NCBI RefSeq assembly: GCF_009914755.1
Contig: NC_060926.1
From: the human T2T-CHM13v2.0 reference genome, Homo sapiens
Reading direction: 5' to 3' (one strand)
Length of the DNA: 64,000 bases
Shown in pieces: positions 13,817 through 28,270 of this stretch. The position numbers and the translations under genes are program-made. The notes under the pieces are model-generated. The model was not told the DNA's origin. It searched no databases and worked only from the letters and a program-made list of their open reading frames with translations. Position 1 is the first letter of the stretch. Every line of letters starts with the position of its first letter.

Positions 13817-14371
13817 TGTATTTATTTTCTTTTGCTTCTGTAACAGATTGCCACAATCATAGTCCCTTATAATACTTCAGAATTACACTCTTACAGTTCT
13901 GGAGATCAAAAGTCTAAAAACAAGGTGTTAGTAAGGCTGTGTTCCTTTAGGAGGCTTCATGGAAGAATCTTTTTCTTTACCTTTTCCAGCTTCTAGAAGT
14001 CTTCTCATTCTTTGGCTCATGGCTCTTCCTCCATCTCCAAAGCCTATCACTCCTACCTCTCCTTATGTCCCAACTCCTTTTGCCTTTGACCTTTTTACCT
14101 CTCTGCTATAAGGACCTTGTGATTACATTGGGTTTACCTAGACCCAGGATAATATCTTTAATTTATTCACATCTTCAATGTCCCTTTTACCATTAAAGAT
14201 AACATATTCACAGGTTCTGGAAATTAAGAAGTAGACATCTTTGGTCTCAAGCTCCTGACCTCAACTGATCCATGCACCTCTGCCTCCCAAAGTGCTGGGA
14301 TTACAGGTGTGAGCCACTGCACCTGGCCTAGAAGTACACATCTTTGAGAAGCCATTATTTTGTCTACCACA
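13817..14371 (-). mobile_element. MLT1 (MLT1C-like) MaLR solo LTR containing an Alu fragment
   Basis: tgtatt...ctcttacagttctggag...ttttccagcttctagaag...ccattattttgtctaccaca. Confidence 0.85.
14244..14328 (-). mobile_element. 3'-truncated, tailless Alu (first ~85 nt only) with TSD
   Basis: Minus strand ggccaggtgcagtggctcacacc...gaggtcaggagcttgaga; flanked by agaagtagacatctttg (14227-14243) and agaagtacacatctttg (14330-14346). Confidence 0.9.
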
Positions 14372-16684
14372 CATCAGTCAGAGATATAAAAATCTTGCCA
14401 ATGTCACCCAATTTCTTACAGAGCAGAGGTCCACAAACTCAGAACTGTAAAACTACAAATCATGTGCACCCAATCGCTACACCTTGCTGTCCTCCCAGAT
14501 AGGTCTTACAGTCTCCATCCTTCTTAAAATTCCTACCTACATTGACTCCCAATAATAGTGTCACAAAACACATATACTTCATATATTGAGGACTTTAGAA
14601 ATGGAATCACTGTAAGAACACCTGTTTTATTCCTTCAAGAAAATTTGGGCATATACTACTTGTCTGTAAGCCTTACTATGCTTTTTTATATTTCGAATTT
14701 TTCAGTGTCAGACACAAAAGAGGTGATAGAGCTGAGTTGTTTGATCTTGACTCTATAATAGAAAATTAAACAAAACAACACAAAATCTCTTTGTTGCTTC
14801 ATGTTCTTGCTACCTGTATTTTCACCTAAAGCCAGTGTGCTATGCCCTTTTGTATTTCATATTCACATAATGGCCTTAAAAATATATCCAAAATACATTA
14901 TTTATTTCAGAGTAATGGATATCCACTTTTAAGTTATTGAATGTGAAGCCTTAAAGAATTGATGTAAATACCAAAGCAAACACAACAGTCAACTACAGAA
15001 CTCTTGTCAAGATAGGGTAAATTATTTTGTCACTGACTTCTTAATCTTTCTGTTTTTATATATGTTCCTTTGGTGTCATGAATATCTCCATGTGCTGAGC
15101 AGAATTTTATATCTAAGAAACGAGCATCGGTACAATATCAGATTTTTAAAAAATTGAGGAGTTGATTCTGGGAATGAGAGGGGTGTCTCCAAATACTTTT
15201 AAGAATATATTCCCAAGCTACACAGTATCTTGAAATAATATTTATTAGACATTTAAATTAGAAATTAATCTGTATAGAGTCGCAATATCTAACTATTAAT
15301 AAGTTTATGAAATTCAGCTTCCTAACTCTCAGATTCTGACGGTTAATTGTTGTTATATTTTGGATATTCCCAATCTTTAACATATACTTCTGTTGTTAAA
15401 AAGAGTGGGTCCTTAAAATTAGCCTATGCAATCACATTGCACTTAAGTATAAAATTTCTATAGATCATAATGTGACCTAAAACTTCTGGATCATTTTAGT
15501 ATATTCTTCCCCACAACCTTTCATTTTCAACATTGTCAAAAAATTATTTAATGTAGCAATGGTAACATTCCATAAATCTATAAATTCATGTGCATTCTGA
15601 TATTCTACGCCCTAATAGCATCATTGCTCAACAATGTTGTGTAAACTCAGAACTTTTTTATGCGTAGCACTATTTTGAAATTATTTTGCTTCTTTTTCCC
15701 TTTTATTGCTTTTTCATATTTTCTTAGAACAACAAATTCTTAGTTCTCCTTTTGTATTTTCTAATTATACTTGCTAAGATATGCCATTGTAAGCTAACAC
15801 AGTATGAAATGTAAGGTTCTTCATGATTTCTTTTTTTAAAATGTTAGAAAGGAAAACAATCCTATACTTTCTTTTGAATAGAATGTTAATCATTTTATCT
15901 GAAAGAATAAGAAATAAGTTTAAAATAGTATGTCAAAAAATTGACACAAATAGTCTCAAATGAACTTCATGTCATAATAGCTTTGCTCTTTATTGCATTA
16001 GTAATATTATAATTCAGTTTGGCACATTTTCTAAATTAGGTTGATTGCATCAAGACCATCAGATAGAACATGCAGCTTTTTTGCATAAAACCAGAAAATA
16101 GATAAACTGTATGTTACTCAGCGTGCTCACATTTTCCACAATTGTTGAGTTCTTAGACCTTATGTTCCAGATATAGATAAGCATGGCTATTATTATGCTA
16201 GAGTCTAAAACAGGAAAAATAAGAAAATTGTCATGCCTCAATTAAGGAAACACCGTCAGACTATTTTAAAAGATGTTTTTACTTATTATATTTTTACTTT
16301 CTGGAAGGAATGTGAAATAAAATAACTACCAAGGAGCACATGTTCAAATATAGTGTAGTTACTTATTAATCTGTTTAATACTATGCTTTTAAAGGGAAGT
16401 ATATTATTGGAAGTTATTACATTAACTTTAAATGCACCACTAGGATTAAGTAATTTATACAGTATGCTGACGCAGTGCCAAAATAGAGGCCCAATTAATT
16501 TTTCTAGCACAAAATTTTTCCATATGTAGTATTTATTTATAATTCTCCCTTTTACTGTAATTTGTTGTTTGTATTTAAATAATTTAAGCATGACCCAGCT
16601 TCTATATAATAGCTCTTACCAGAAGGTCAGTTGATACTTACTTGAGGGAATATGTTATAAATGCATTTTGTAAAAATTGTGTAC

Positions 16685-16830
16685 TTAATAATAACATAGA
16701 TAGTTACCATTTTTAGTAGTTTCTATGTATTTGATATTGTAATATATGCTGGTGTTCACAATAATCCTTCAAAGTAATGGTCTCTCTGTTTCAGATTAAT
16801 AAGGTGAAGATCAAGGAATTTAACCTGACT
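16685..16830 (-). mobile_element. MIR fragment
   Basis: Degenerate MIR core (cacaataatccttcaaagta...tttcagattaataaggtgaag). Confidence 0.5.
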
Positions 16831-17109
16831 AGTAGACTGCATAAGTTATTTTAATGTGCCTAGCCTTTTTAGCAGCATGAAAAAAAATCTAGCATTTCCA
16901 AACAGTAGTGATCATGATGAAAAATCCACTTAAACTTTCATCATATAAAGACCAACTGAAAGTTTCATAATATTTAGAGTGCATTTTGTCAGTCTTACAA
17001 TAATTTTAAAGGCAGACATATTGTATAAGGCTTATATTTGTTCTGAATAACTCTAGAAGATATCACAATTTAAACATATTTATGGAATATTTTGTCAGAC
17101 ACTATGCTC

Positions 17110-17477
17110 GATATTTAGTCAATTCAGGCTGCTATCACAAAGTATCATAGATTGAGTGGCTTATAAACAACAGAAATCTATTTCTCACTATTCTGGAGGC
17201 TAGAAGTCTGAGATCAGGGTGCCAGCATGGTTGGGTTCTGGTGAGGGCCCACTTCCCGATTGCAGACTGCTGTCTTCTCATTGCATTCTTATATGGTAGA
17301 AAGGGGACAGGAGAGCTCTCCAGAATCTCTTTTTACAGGCGCACCAATCACTTCAAGAAGCCTCTACGATCATTACCTAATTACTTCCCCAAATTCTCAC
17401 CTCCTAAAGCTATCACATTGGGGATTACGATGTCAAAATATGCATATTGAGAGAACACAAACATTCAGTTGATAAAA
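17110..17477 (-). mobile_element. MLT1A-type MaLR solo LTR
   Basis: ttcaggctgctatcacaaa...gtggcttataaacaacagaaa...cacaaacattcagt. Confidence 0.9.
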
Positions 17478-18229
17478 TTTAAATCTGTATTAATCGGGGT
17501 TCTTCAGGGAAACAGAACCTATATATATGTATAAAGTTATTCTTACCTTTCTATGCATATATTTGACATATGCATTATGGACATTAAAACCAAGATGATG
17601 ATTAAACATAATAGGTAGCAGGCCTATATGAATAAGGTTTTACGTATAATTATTAATTATATTTTTGTTTGTGGTATATAAGATGTATTCTACAAGTTCA
17701 CTAAACTTGTTTAATAGACATCTCATCTCTATCTTAGGACATATTTTTGATAATTTTTTATAATGTAATGATTTGACACAGCTACACAGCTGAAGAAAAA
17801 GGTAGCAGCATACCCATTTATATTACAGTATTTCCTCACCATATGATAACAGAAGTAAAATTTAAATTCTATCACAAACCGCATATTCAATATAAATTGA
17901 AGGCAGAAATTGCTGAAACCTCAAAATGACTCTAAGTAAAAAGAAAAAAATCACTAAATCCAGCACACAATCTTGCATGCTACATTCCCCGTCCCAACCC
18001 ACTCTAAGACTATGCAACAAGCAAAGGCAATTAGGAAAATTGCAAAGAAGACAAAAGAAGAAACTTAGAAAAAGACAAAAGACTAAGCCCATCCTAAGTC
18101 TAAAAATACTGAAAATTAAAACAAAAATGATCAAATTACAGTATGATTAGAGCATGGGCTACAGAGAAGGAATGCCCAAGTATATGTGATGTAAAGGGGC
18201 AGGCATGGCTTAAATCAGCACTCTTGGAA

Positions 18230-20270
<2,041 letters not shown>

Positions 20271-20274
20271 TACC

Positions 20275-20559
20275 TGTGCTGTGGAGAGCAGCCAGGTGTC
20301 AAGGCGGTCAAATAGAATAATAAGTAGCCAAACTGAGAACATGGGAAGTTCCAGTGGGTCAGTGCACATGACTGGGGAGGTGGCAGGCGCTGGCATACTG
20401 CTGAGAACTTAATGACAACCCTCTCTAGAGACTACAGCACTGCACAGAGTACTGTGTGGGACGGTGGCTTTCACCCATGAAATGTGCCAGGTAAATCCTT
20501 TGTTATTGTTCATGTTTGGACCTTAAAGATCCCACATAGGATTTTGGCCTGCAGCCACA
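20275..20559. mobile_element. Probable small solo LTR, family unassigned
   Basis: GC-richer 285-bp block with TG...CA ends interrupting A-rich L1 ORF2-like sequence; no TSD seen. Confidence 0.45.
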
Positions 20560-21690
20560 CTCATATGTAACAATCATGTTTATGAAGTTAAAACTCTACA
20601 GGAGGTACAAGGAGACATAGAAATAAACATTAACATATAGGATACTTTAAAGCATCATTTTAGAACAAAGGTCTAAAACCCAGTAGAAAGCAAAATGACA
20701 AAGTCATGAAAAGACAAATACACACACACATGCAATACACTCATGTTATATGAAACGTATATATTTTATATATGAAAAATATTCAAAATCTCTCATAATT
20801 AGAGAAATGTAAATTAAAACAACATCTAAATACCATTTCTCATCCATCAGCTGGCAGAAATTAAAAAGTAAAACCAGAAATTCTGTTGGTAAAGCTGTGG
20901 GAAAACAGTAATACTTCTATATTGTTGGTGGAAATGCAAACTGCTACAATTTTTCAAGAGAGGAATTTAGCAATATCCAACAAAATTACAAATGCACCTA
21001 ACCCCTTTGATCCAATAACCCCACTGCTAAGAAACTTTCTTAAAGATATGCCTAAAACCATATACACCAACAGGTTAGTCATCGCAGCATTGTTCATGAA
21101 AACTATTAGACACATTCAAAATTCCAATACCTAGAAGAATGGTTGACTAAATTATGGTACATCTACACAATCAAGTACTATTTGTCTGTAGGAAACAATA
21201 AGGTAATCTCTATAAACTGACTTTATAGTGACTGGAGTCACTTTCAGGACATACAGTTAGGTAGAAAAAAGCAAAAAGCAAACAAGTATATATAGTACGC
21301 TATCCTTTGTGTAAGAAAGAAAGAGATGTAAGGAAACAACGTGTGTGTGTGTGCACACGTGCACACAAATACACTCATTTGTACAAAAGAAATGCATGAA
21401 GGTTAAACCAGAAACTAAAGAGATTTGTTAGTTACAGGGCCCAGATGGGAAGAGTGAAAACAAGGAAAAACTAGGAATTGAGTAAAAGAGATGAAAAGAA
21501 GGGGACACTGCTATGATTATAATTTGTGTAGCATTGACTCTGAACCATATTAGTGTTCACATATCCCCTAATAAATAAATAAAACCAATCAGGACGTGCT
21601 GGGAACCTGTAAAGGAGTATAAGCAGTCAAAAAAATAAACCCAACTGTATTAAGAATGAATTCTATCACCATACTGAAGAAGATAAGGAA
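20560..21690 (+). mobile_element. Old L1 (L1MC/ME) ORF2 end and 3' UTR fragments
   Basis: agagaaatgtaaattaaaacaac, ttgttggtggaaatgcaaact, aaattatggtacatctacacaat. Confidence 0.7.
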
Positions 21691-21897
21691 TGTTTAAGGT
21701 TAAAAAACTTTAGATAAGTCTTTGACCCAGAAGGATTTGCAGGTTCATAAAAATAGGCTCATCAGGCTCCTACTTCAACAAAAGCTGTGATTAACTGTTG
21801 TTATTCAAAACAGCACTAGACCACGTTTGTTACAGAATACACTTTTAACGAATGAATGAACAAATGAATGATAAATTTGAAAATGTAAGGGTTAGAT

Positions 21898-22140
21898 CTT
21901 TGGTTCTCATTGGCTGGGATTTTGACCCTCAGAAGACACTGGGCATTGCTTAGAACAAAGGCTTTGATTGTCAAAACAAATCAAAGAAGGTAGTTGCTAT
22001 TGCCATCTAGTGGATAGCTCCTGGCATCTAGTGGGTAGAGGCCAGGACTACTGCTAAACATCCCACAATCTAGAGGGCAGCCCCAATCAACAAAGAACTA
22101 TCCAACCCCAAAGATCAAACTGCCAAGGGTGAGAAATTGA
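21898..22140 (+). mobile_element. MER20 (hAT-Charlie) DNA transposon
   Basis: tggttctca ... ggcatctagtgggtagaggccagg...tgctaaacatccc...gagaaa; tag(a)-centred target-like flanks. Confidence 0.9.
22001..22013 (-). promoter_or_regulatory. Candidate CTCF binding motif in MER20
   Basis: tgccatctagtgg is the reverse complement of CCACTAGATGGCA, fitting the CTCF core CCACYAGRKGGCR; binding is not demonstrated. Confidence 0.5.
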
Positions 22141-22997
22141 TTTAGACCAAACACAGTTGTTATAACTAGTAATAGTGAGAATCTGTATGTTTCTAATATG
22201 TATATGAAAAATGAGTATTCAAGATAGTCCATGATATCACAAAAATGATTTATATAAATCTAAGAGAACAATGATAATTGCACTGATCTTGAACACTGCG
22301 GTAAAACAATCCCCTTTCTGTTGTTTTACTGTTGTGGTGAAAATCACATACATTAAGTCAGGTTTTCCCAACATTTGATCAGAGAACTATATGTTCTCTT
22401 TTTGGAAGTGAAAATATCTTTTAAAACTCATCAAACATTCTAATTACTCTATTCTTTGTTCTGCACAAAAATTAACCACAGCTTCCTGCAGAAGACAAGG
22501 ATGCAGATGTTGCTTTTACATTCAGCCAGATGATTTCATTAAAATCAAATTGTAAACTCAAATATATGTTTCAATCTCTTCTCTTCCCTATGGCAACAGC
22601 ATTTTAAGTCCTAGATTATCAACTTTGTATAAAACATAGGCTAACAAATCAGTTTAGAAATATCACATTAAAATCAATGCAAGAAAAGCATTATAATTTT
22701 ATGAAGGGTAGTCATGTATTTTGAAATCAATTTTTCACATTTTATGCTATTAAGTATATTTCTCAAGTGGAATTTTTAAAAGTTCTGAGGACATTTTGAA
22801 TTCAGGGAGCTCAGCATACTAACACGTTTAAAATCTCTTCCGATAGCAAGAAGGCTCCACTATTTTTCTAGCAGAACATTTATTCCTCATCTTCCACTTG
22901 ATCCTGTTAGCCATATATATTGAGTGTGAATACTTCACAATTTATAGTTCATATGTGTTCTCTATGATCACATACCACCAGTATATTATAAACTGTC

Positions 22998-23302
<305 letters not shown>

Positions 23303-23570
23303 TCTACTGTCTTTTTTTTCTAAGTAATATAAAAGTAATTTATTGTCACAATTTGTTTTTAAGTATACAGTGATTTGCGAGTTTTCCAGAATTCTCAAGT
23401 GGCTTAGTCACAAGTGGAATGGTTTGAGAAACATTCAACTAGGCAATGCATATGATTTGGACTCAAATGGATTATTTATTTACTCGCATATTCCTGTGAA
23501 AGGAGATAAGTGGCACTACAATAGAGAATATTCAAAGGAAGTGTTTTTTACCTAAATGTTACAAGATCAC

Positions 23571-23618
23571 TATATACATATATATATATACACATATATA
23601 TATATGTGTATATATATA
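23571..23618. repeat. (TA)n-rich microsatellite, probably a decayed L1 tail
   Basis: TA/CA/TG run abutting the L1 3' terminus. Confidence 0.85.
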
Positions 23619-23855
23619 TTTTATACTTTAAGTTCTGGGGTACATGTGCAGTTTTGTTGCATAGGTATACACGTGCAATGGTGGTTTGCTGCACCCATCA
23701 ACCCGTCATCTACATTAGGTATTTCTGCTAATGCTCTCCCTCCCGGAGCCCCCTACCCCCCGACAGGCCCCAGTGTGTGATGTTCCCCTCCCTGTGTCCA
23801 TGTGTTCTTATTGTTCAACTCCCACTTAAGAGTGAGAACATGCGGTGTTTCGTTT
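23619..23855 (-). mobile_element. L1PA7-type 3' terminal ~240 nt
   Basis: ttatactttaagttctgggg...cacccatcaacccgtcatctacattagg...gagaacatgcggtgtttcgttt; followed by tatattt/aa, an endonuclease-like site. Confidence 0.9.
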
Positions 23856-23959
23856 ATATTTAAACTGATATTATAGTTTATAGCATTTGAACTCTAAATA
23901 GGATTAAAAAGATGCATAAAAATGATCACTGTGTTTGGGGCTAATAATCATACAAACAG

Positions 23960-24220
23960 CAATAGAAGCTCCTATTTACTGACCATCTGCTGTAGCACTA
24001 TGTTCAGAACTTTACAGATACTGTTATTACCTCAATAATATTGACAATAATTGTATGAGGTAGGTTTGAATTGCTCCATTTTACCTATGAGGAAATCGAG
24101 ATTCAAAGATGGTATAAAATTTTCATGAAGTTATACATATATAAAAGCATATAAAAGGTAGTTGGAGATAAAGACAAATCTGTCAAATTTTAAATCCATA
24201 TTATTGCCACCAGACTAGCC
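23960..24220 (-). mobile_element. MIR
   Basis: tatgaggtagg...ctccattttacctatgaggaaatcgagattcaaaga core. Confidence 0.75.
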
Positions 24221-24384
24221 CACCAATTTGCATTCTCTGTCTTTACTACATCCAATAAGGCTTTAAGACAAGAGGATAGCCTAGAAGGTTTATAAGTGTC
24301 AACAATTCAAATTAAGACAAATCGAGGGGCAGTATTATTGTGTTTTGAAATTAGTTCTTGGACAAAATACAGTCACTTTTCTAA

Positions 24385-24640
24385 AGGCAGTATATAAGAT
24401 GGTGACTCAAATCACATCCTTGGGTTCAAATCCCTGTTCTGCCACGTATGCTGTGACAACTGGAACATTACTTAATTCCTTAGTTCCTCAGATCTCTCAT
24501 TCCCACACTCATAGAGTTACTGCACTATTAAATGTGATAGTATATGTAAAATATCTGACATATAAGGTGTATGCAATTAACAGCAGCTTCTGTTGCTGCT
24601 GCTTTCTTGTTGTTGTTGCTATTATTATTATTATTATTGC
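24385..24640 (+). mobile_element. MIR
   Basis: tgggttcaaatccctgttctgccac...gctgtgac...ttacttaattcc, with a tattattatt tail. Confidence 0.8.
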
Positions 24641-25859
24641 TCCAGGATAGCGTAGAACAACACATAATTCTATTTAATATCCTTTGCACACATCACTAAA
24701 TATGAGCTAGAGTTATCTTGTTAATGACATTTGTACCTTTAGTTCTCACATCTTGTGATTCTCAGAAAAACTTTCCATTTCTAGTTCTTTCATTTTCTTG
24801 ATACTTCGTACGTCAGGAATTCTAAAGCTATTAAAAGAATCATACTTTTTTAAGAACTTGATCTGTACCTTGTGTAACCAGGTAGGCAAGAAAAATATCA
24901 GAAAGTATCAACCAGGATTAATTTTAGGGGTAAACATTTGATTTCCCTTTCAAAAAAATCACAAAATGATAAAGTTTTCAAAATTATTAAGAATGTCAGA
25001 ATTTCATGCACATGAACTCTTGTCTTCATGCACCATTTGCTTCCTTGCTGTTTTGGAGAGCAAGGAATATCTTTCTCATCAGGAATTAACATTTGTCTTA
25101 CATCTTAGACATAACTTTTAAGTATTAAATTTAATTTTAGTTTATTGCTATGCTAACACCTTCTAATAATGGGTATAAAATTATATAAATTCTAATGTAA
25201 CTTCAAAAATCACAAGAAAAACCTTTTTAATAAGTAAAATTATTAAAATCTGTAGATAGCACATATGTTTTGATACTTCATAAATTATTACTTAGAATTC
25301 ATGCATAAAGGAATGTCTATCAAAATGTATTCTTAATTGGATTATTTACAGCAACAATTAGTTTATTATTATTCATTGTTATTCATGTTATTTGTTATTT
25401 GTTTTGCTTCTCTGACAAATTTGTATAATTGCTATACAAATAATTTTTTATATAATATAATATTTATACAATTTTATTGTATATTTTAATTTATATATTA
25501 TAATTTTATTATTGTTAAACAATAATACAAATTTAATATCATAGAGTATTTAGAATATCTGAAAAGTACACACGATACTTTTATGTTTAAACCTAAGTCT
25601 GAATTTCTAACGTTTATTCACAACGTAGATATTAAGTTTTTATTCAGTATTTTCAGGATTCATGATCTATCTCAGAAAATAATAGCACACCTGAGTCCCA
25701 GCTATATTAGCCCATAACTCTTTAGTGTAAAGCTATCACCATGAGGTATGCTGTTTTCCATATATCTCTGTCATCTGGAATGAAAAATATGCTTAGATTG
25801 AATTTCTTATATTTTGGTACTGCTTTTTCTCTCTGTGTCATAATCTAGCTATGTAACAT

Positions 25860-28270
25860 TTTTCCATAAATGCATTTGGTTGTCTAAGAAAGACTATTTC
25901 TCCTTCACTTATGAAGGATAATTTTGCTGCATATAGTCCATTTGCATGGCAGTTTATTTTTTTTTCTTTTAGCACTTTGAATATATCCAGTCTTCCTTGG
26001 CATGTGGAGTTTCTGCTGAGAAGTTCATTGTTAGTCTGATGGGGGATACTTTTTTAATTTTTAATTTTTGTGGGTACCTAGTAGATGTATATATTTATGA
26101 GGTCCATGAGATATTTTGATACAAGAATACAATGCATAATAATTACATTATGAAAGATAGGGGTATTCATTCTCTCAAACATTTATCCTTTGGGTTACAA
26201 ACAATCCAATTATACTCTTTTTGTTATTTGTAAATGTATAATTAAATTATTATTGACTATGGTCACTCTGTTGTGCCAGAAAATATTAGTTCATATTCAT
26301 TCATTCTAACTATTTTTTGTACCCATTAATCATCCCCACCTCCCTCTCCCTGCCCCTTCCCAGCCTCTGGTAATCATTCTATACTCTCTATCTTCATAGG
26401 TTCAATTGTTCTGACTCTTAGATCCCACAAATAAGTGAGACCTTGTAATGTTTGTCTTTCTGTGTCTGGCTTATTTCACTTAACATAATGATCTCCAGTT
26501 CCATTCATGTTGTAACAAATAACAGAATCTCATTTTTTATGGCTAAATAGTACTTCATTGTGTATAAGTACCACATTTTCTTTATCCATTTATCTGTTGA
26601 TGAACACTTAGGTTGCTTCCAAATCTTAGCAATTGTGAACAGAACTGCAAAAAACATGAGAGTGCAGATATCTCTTTGATTCATTGATTTCCTTTTTAGG
26701 GGATATAGACCCAGCAGTGGGATTGCTGGATCATATGGCAGCTCTACTTTTCAATTCTTTGGAAACCTCCCACAGAAGAGAATATTTTCCTAAAGATGTT
26801 CTCTATAGTGGCTGTATTAGTTTACATTGCCATCAACAAGTATATGAGGGTTCTCTTTTCTTTACATCCTCACCAGCATTCATTATTACCAGTATTTTAG
26901 AATTAAGCCATTTCAAATGGGGTGAGATGGGGGATTTCTTATACGTAAATAGATGCTTTTATTTTGCTAATTTTAGATTTTCTCTTTGTTGTTGACTTTA
27001 GACAGTTTGACTACAATGTGCCATGGAGAAGGCTTTTTGGATTAAATCTCATTGGTGATTGCTGGGCCTCCTGTATGTAGATGTCTTAATCCCTTGCCAG
27101 TCTTGGGAAGTTTTCATCCATTATTTCATTTTCATTAAATAAGTTTTCAAACCCTTTCATTCTTTTTTCACCTTCTTGGATACCAATAATTCATATATTT
27201 GTTTGCTTTATGGTGTTCCATATATATAATGCAGACTTTATTCATTCTTTTTCCCTTATTTTTGTTTACAGGGTTATTTCAAAATTTCTGTCTTTAAGTT
27301 CTAAAATTCTCTCTTCTGTTCGGTCCAGCCTATTGGTAAGGCTTTGAAGTGTGTTCTGTATTTCATCCAAGGAATTCTTTAATTTCAGAGTTTCTGGGTT
27401 TGTTTTTTTTTTAATAAGAATTATCTTTTTGGTAAATTTTTCATTCATATCCTGAATTTAAAACAAAAAAATTGTATTGTTTTTCAGAACTCTATTGAAA
27501 CTTACTCAGCTGCTTTAGTATCATAATTTTGAACTCTTTTTTCAGGACTTCATGCATTTCTTTTTGGTTGGGCTATTTGTTGCTGGGGGATTATTGTGTT
27601 TGGATGTGTCTTTTTTTTTTTTTTTTTGCTTTTCCTGCTTTCTTATCCCTACATTGGTATCTGCACAACTAGTGTAGTAGTTACTTATTCCAATCTTTTG
27701 AATTTGGTTTCACAGAGGAGAGTATTTTCCTAAAGATGTATTAATGGTGTTGGTTGGGTATGGCCCTTTGTCTTTGACTCTGGGTGTATGCAGAAGTATA
27801 GTCTCTGTATGAGTTCTTCAGTTGTAAACAGCATCAGTGGCACCTGTGATTTCTTATTGGTTTAGGTGTGATTATTAGTGTAGGCTATGGTGAAGGTTTG
27901 ATTGGGGCAGGGATGTTGGAAGGCTTTGTCTTAGGACCCAGTGGTGGCAGCAGTGAGCAGATCACGCCTGACCTTGGACTCCAGGTATGCGTACCCCGGC
28001 ATTGTTGTTAGCAGGAACAAGCGGGTTGGTTCTCTAGCCACCAGATGGCTTACTCAAATGCCTGTAGTGGCGGCAGTCGGCCAGGCAAGTGAGTAGGTTC
28101 TCAGGCCCCTGGGCAACCAGTGTGGTGTAGCAATAGCTGCCCCCATGGCAGGATGACCTTCTGGGTCCCAAGTGGTGTGAGCTGATGTTGGCTGTGGCTA
28201 CAGTGTGGGGTAACCACACTCAGCCCCAGCCAAGGAGTCCTCGGGCTCTCCTGCTCTCTGTGGCAGTGTC
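25860..28270 (-). mobile_element. Old L1M 5' UTR/ORF1 segment, split by a nested L1MA
   Basis: Antisense ORF1 (ORF track 27266-27448 LKNSLDEIQNTLQSLTNRLDRTEERILELKDR is the ORF1p coiled coil), grading into a GC-rich 5' UTR. Confidence 0.85.
26050..26925 (-). mobile_element. 5'-truncated L1MA (L1MA2/3-like) 3' end
   Basis: tttttgtgggtacctagtagatgtatatatt...acaaacaatccaattatactc; TSD gatgggggat at 26038-26047 and 26926-26935. Confidence 0.9.

Noticed and set aside
16465-16481. MARE/CRE-like tgctgacgcag next to an NFI half-site tgccaa
   Set aside because: Short motifs are expected by chance in 64 kb; no supporting evidence is visible.
25380-25540. Extremely AT-rich block
   Set aside because: Low-complexity sequence with no discernible structure.
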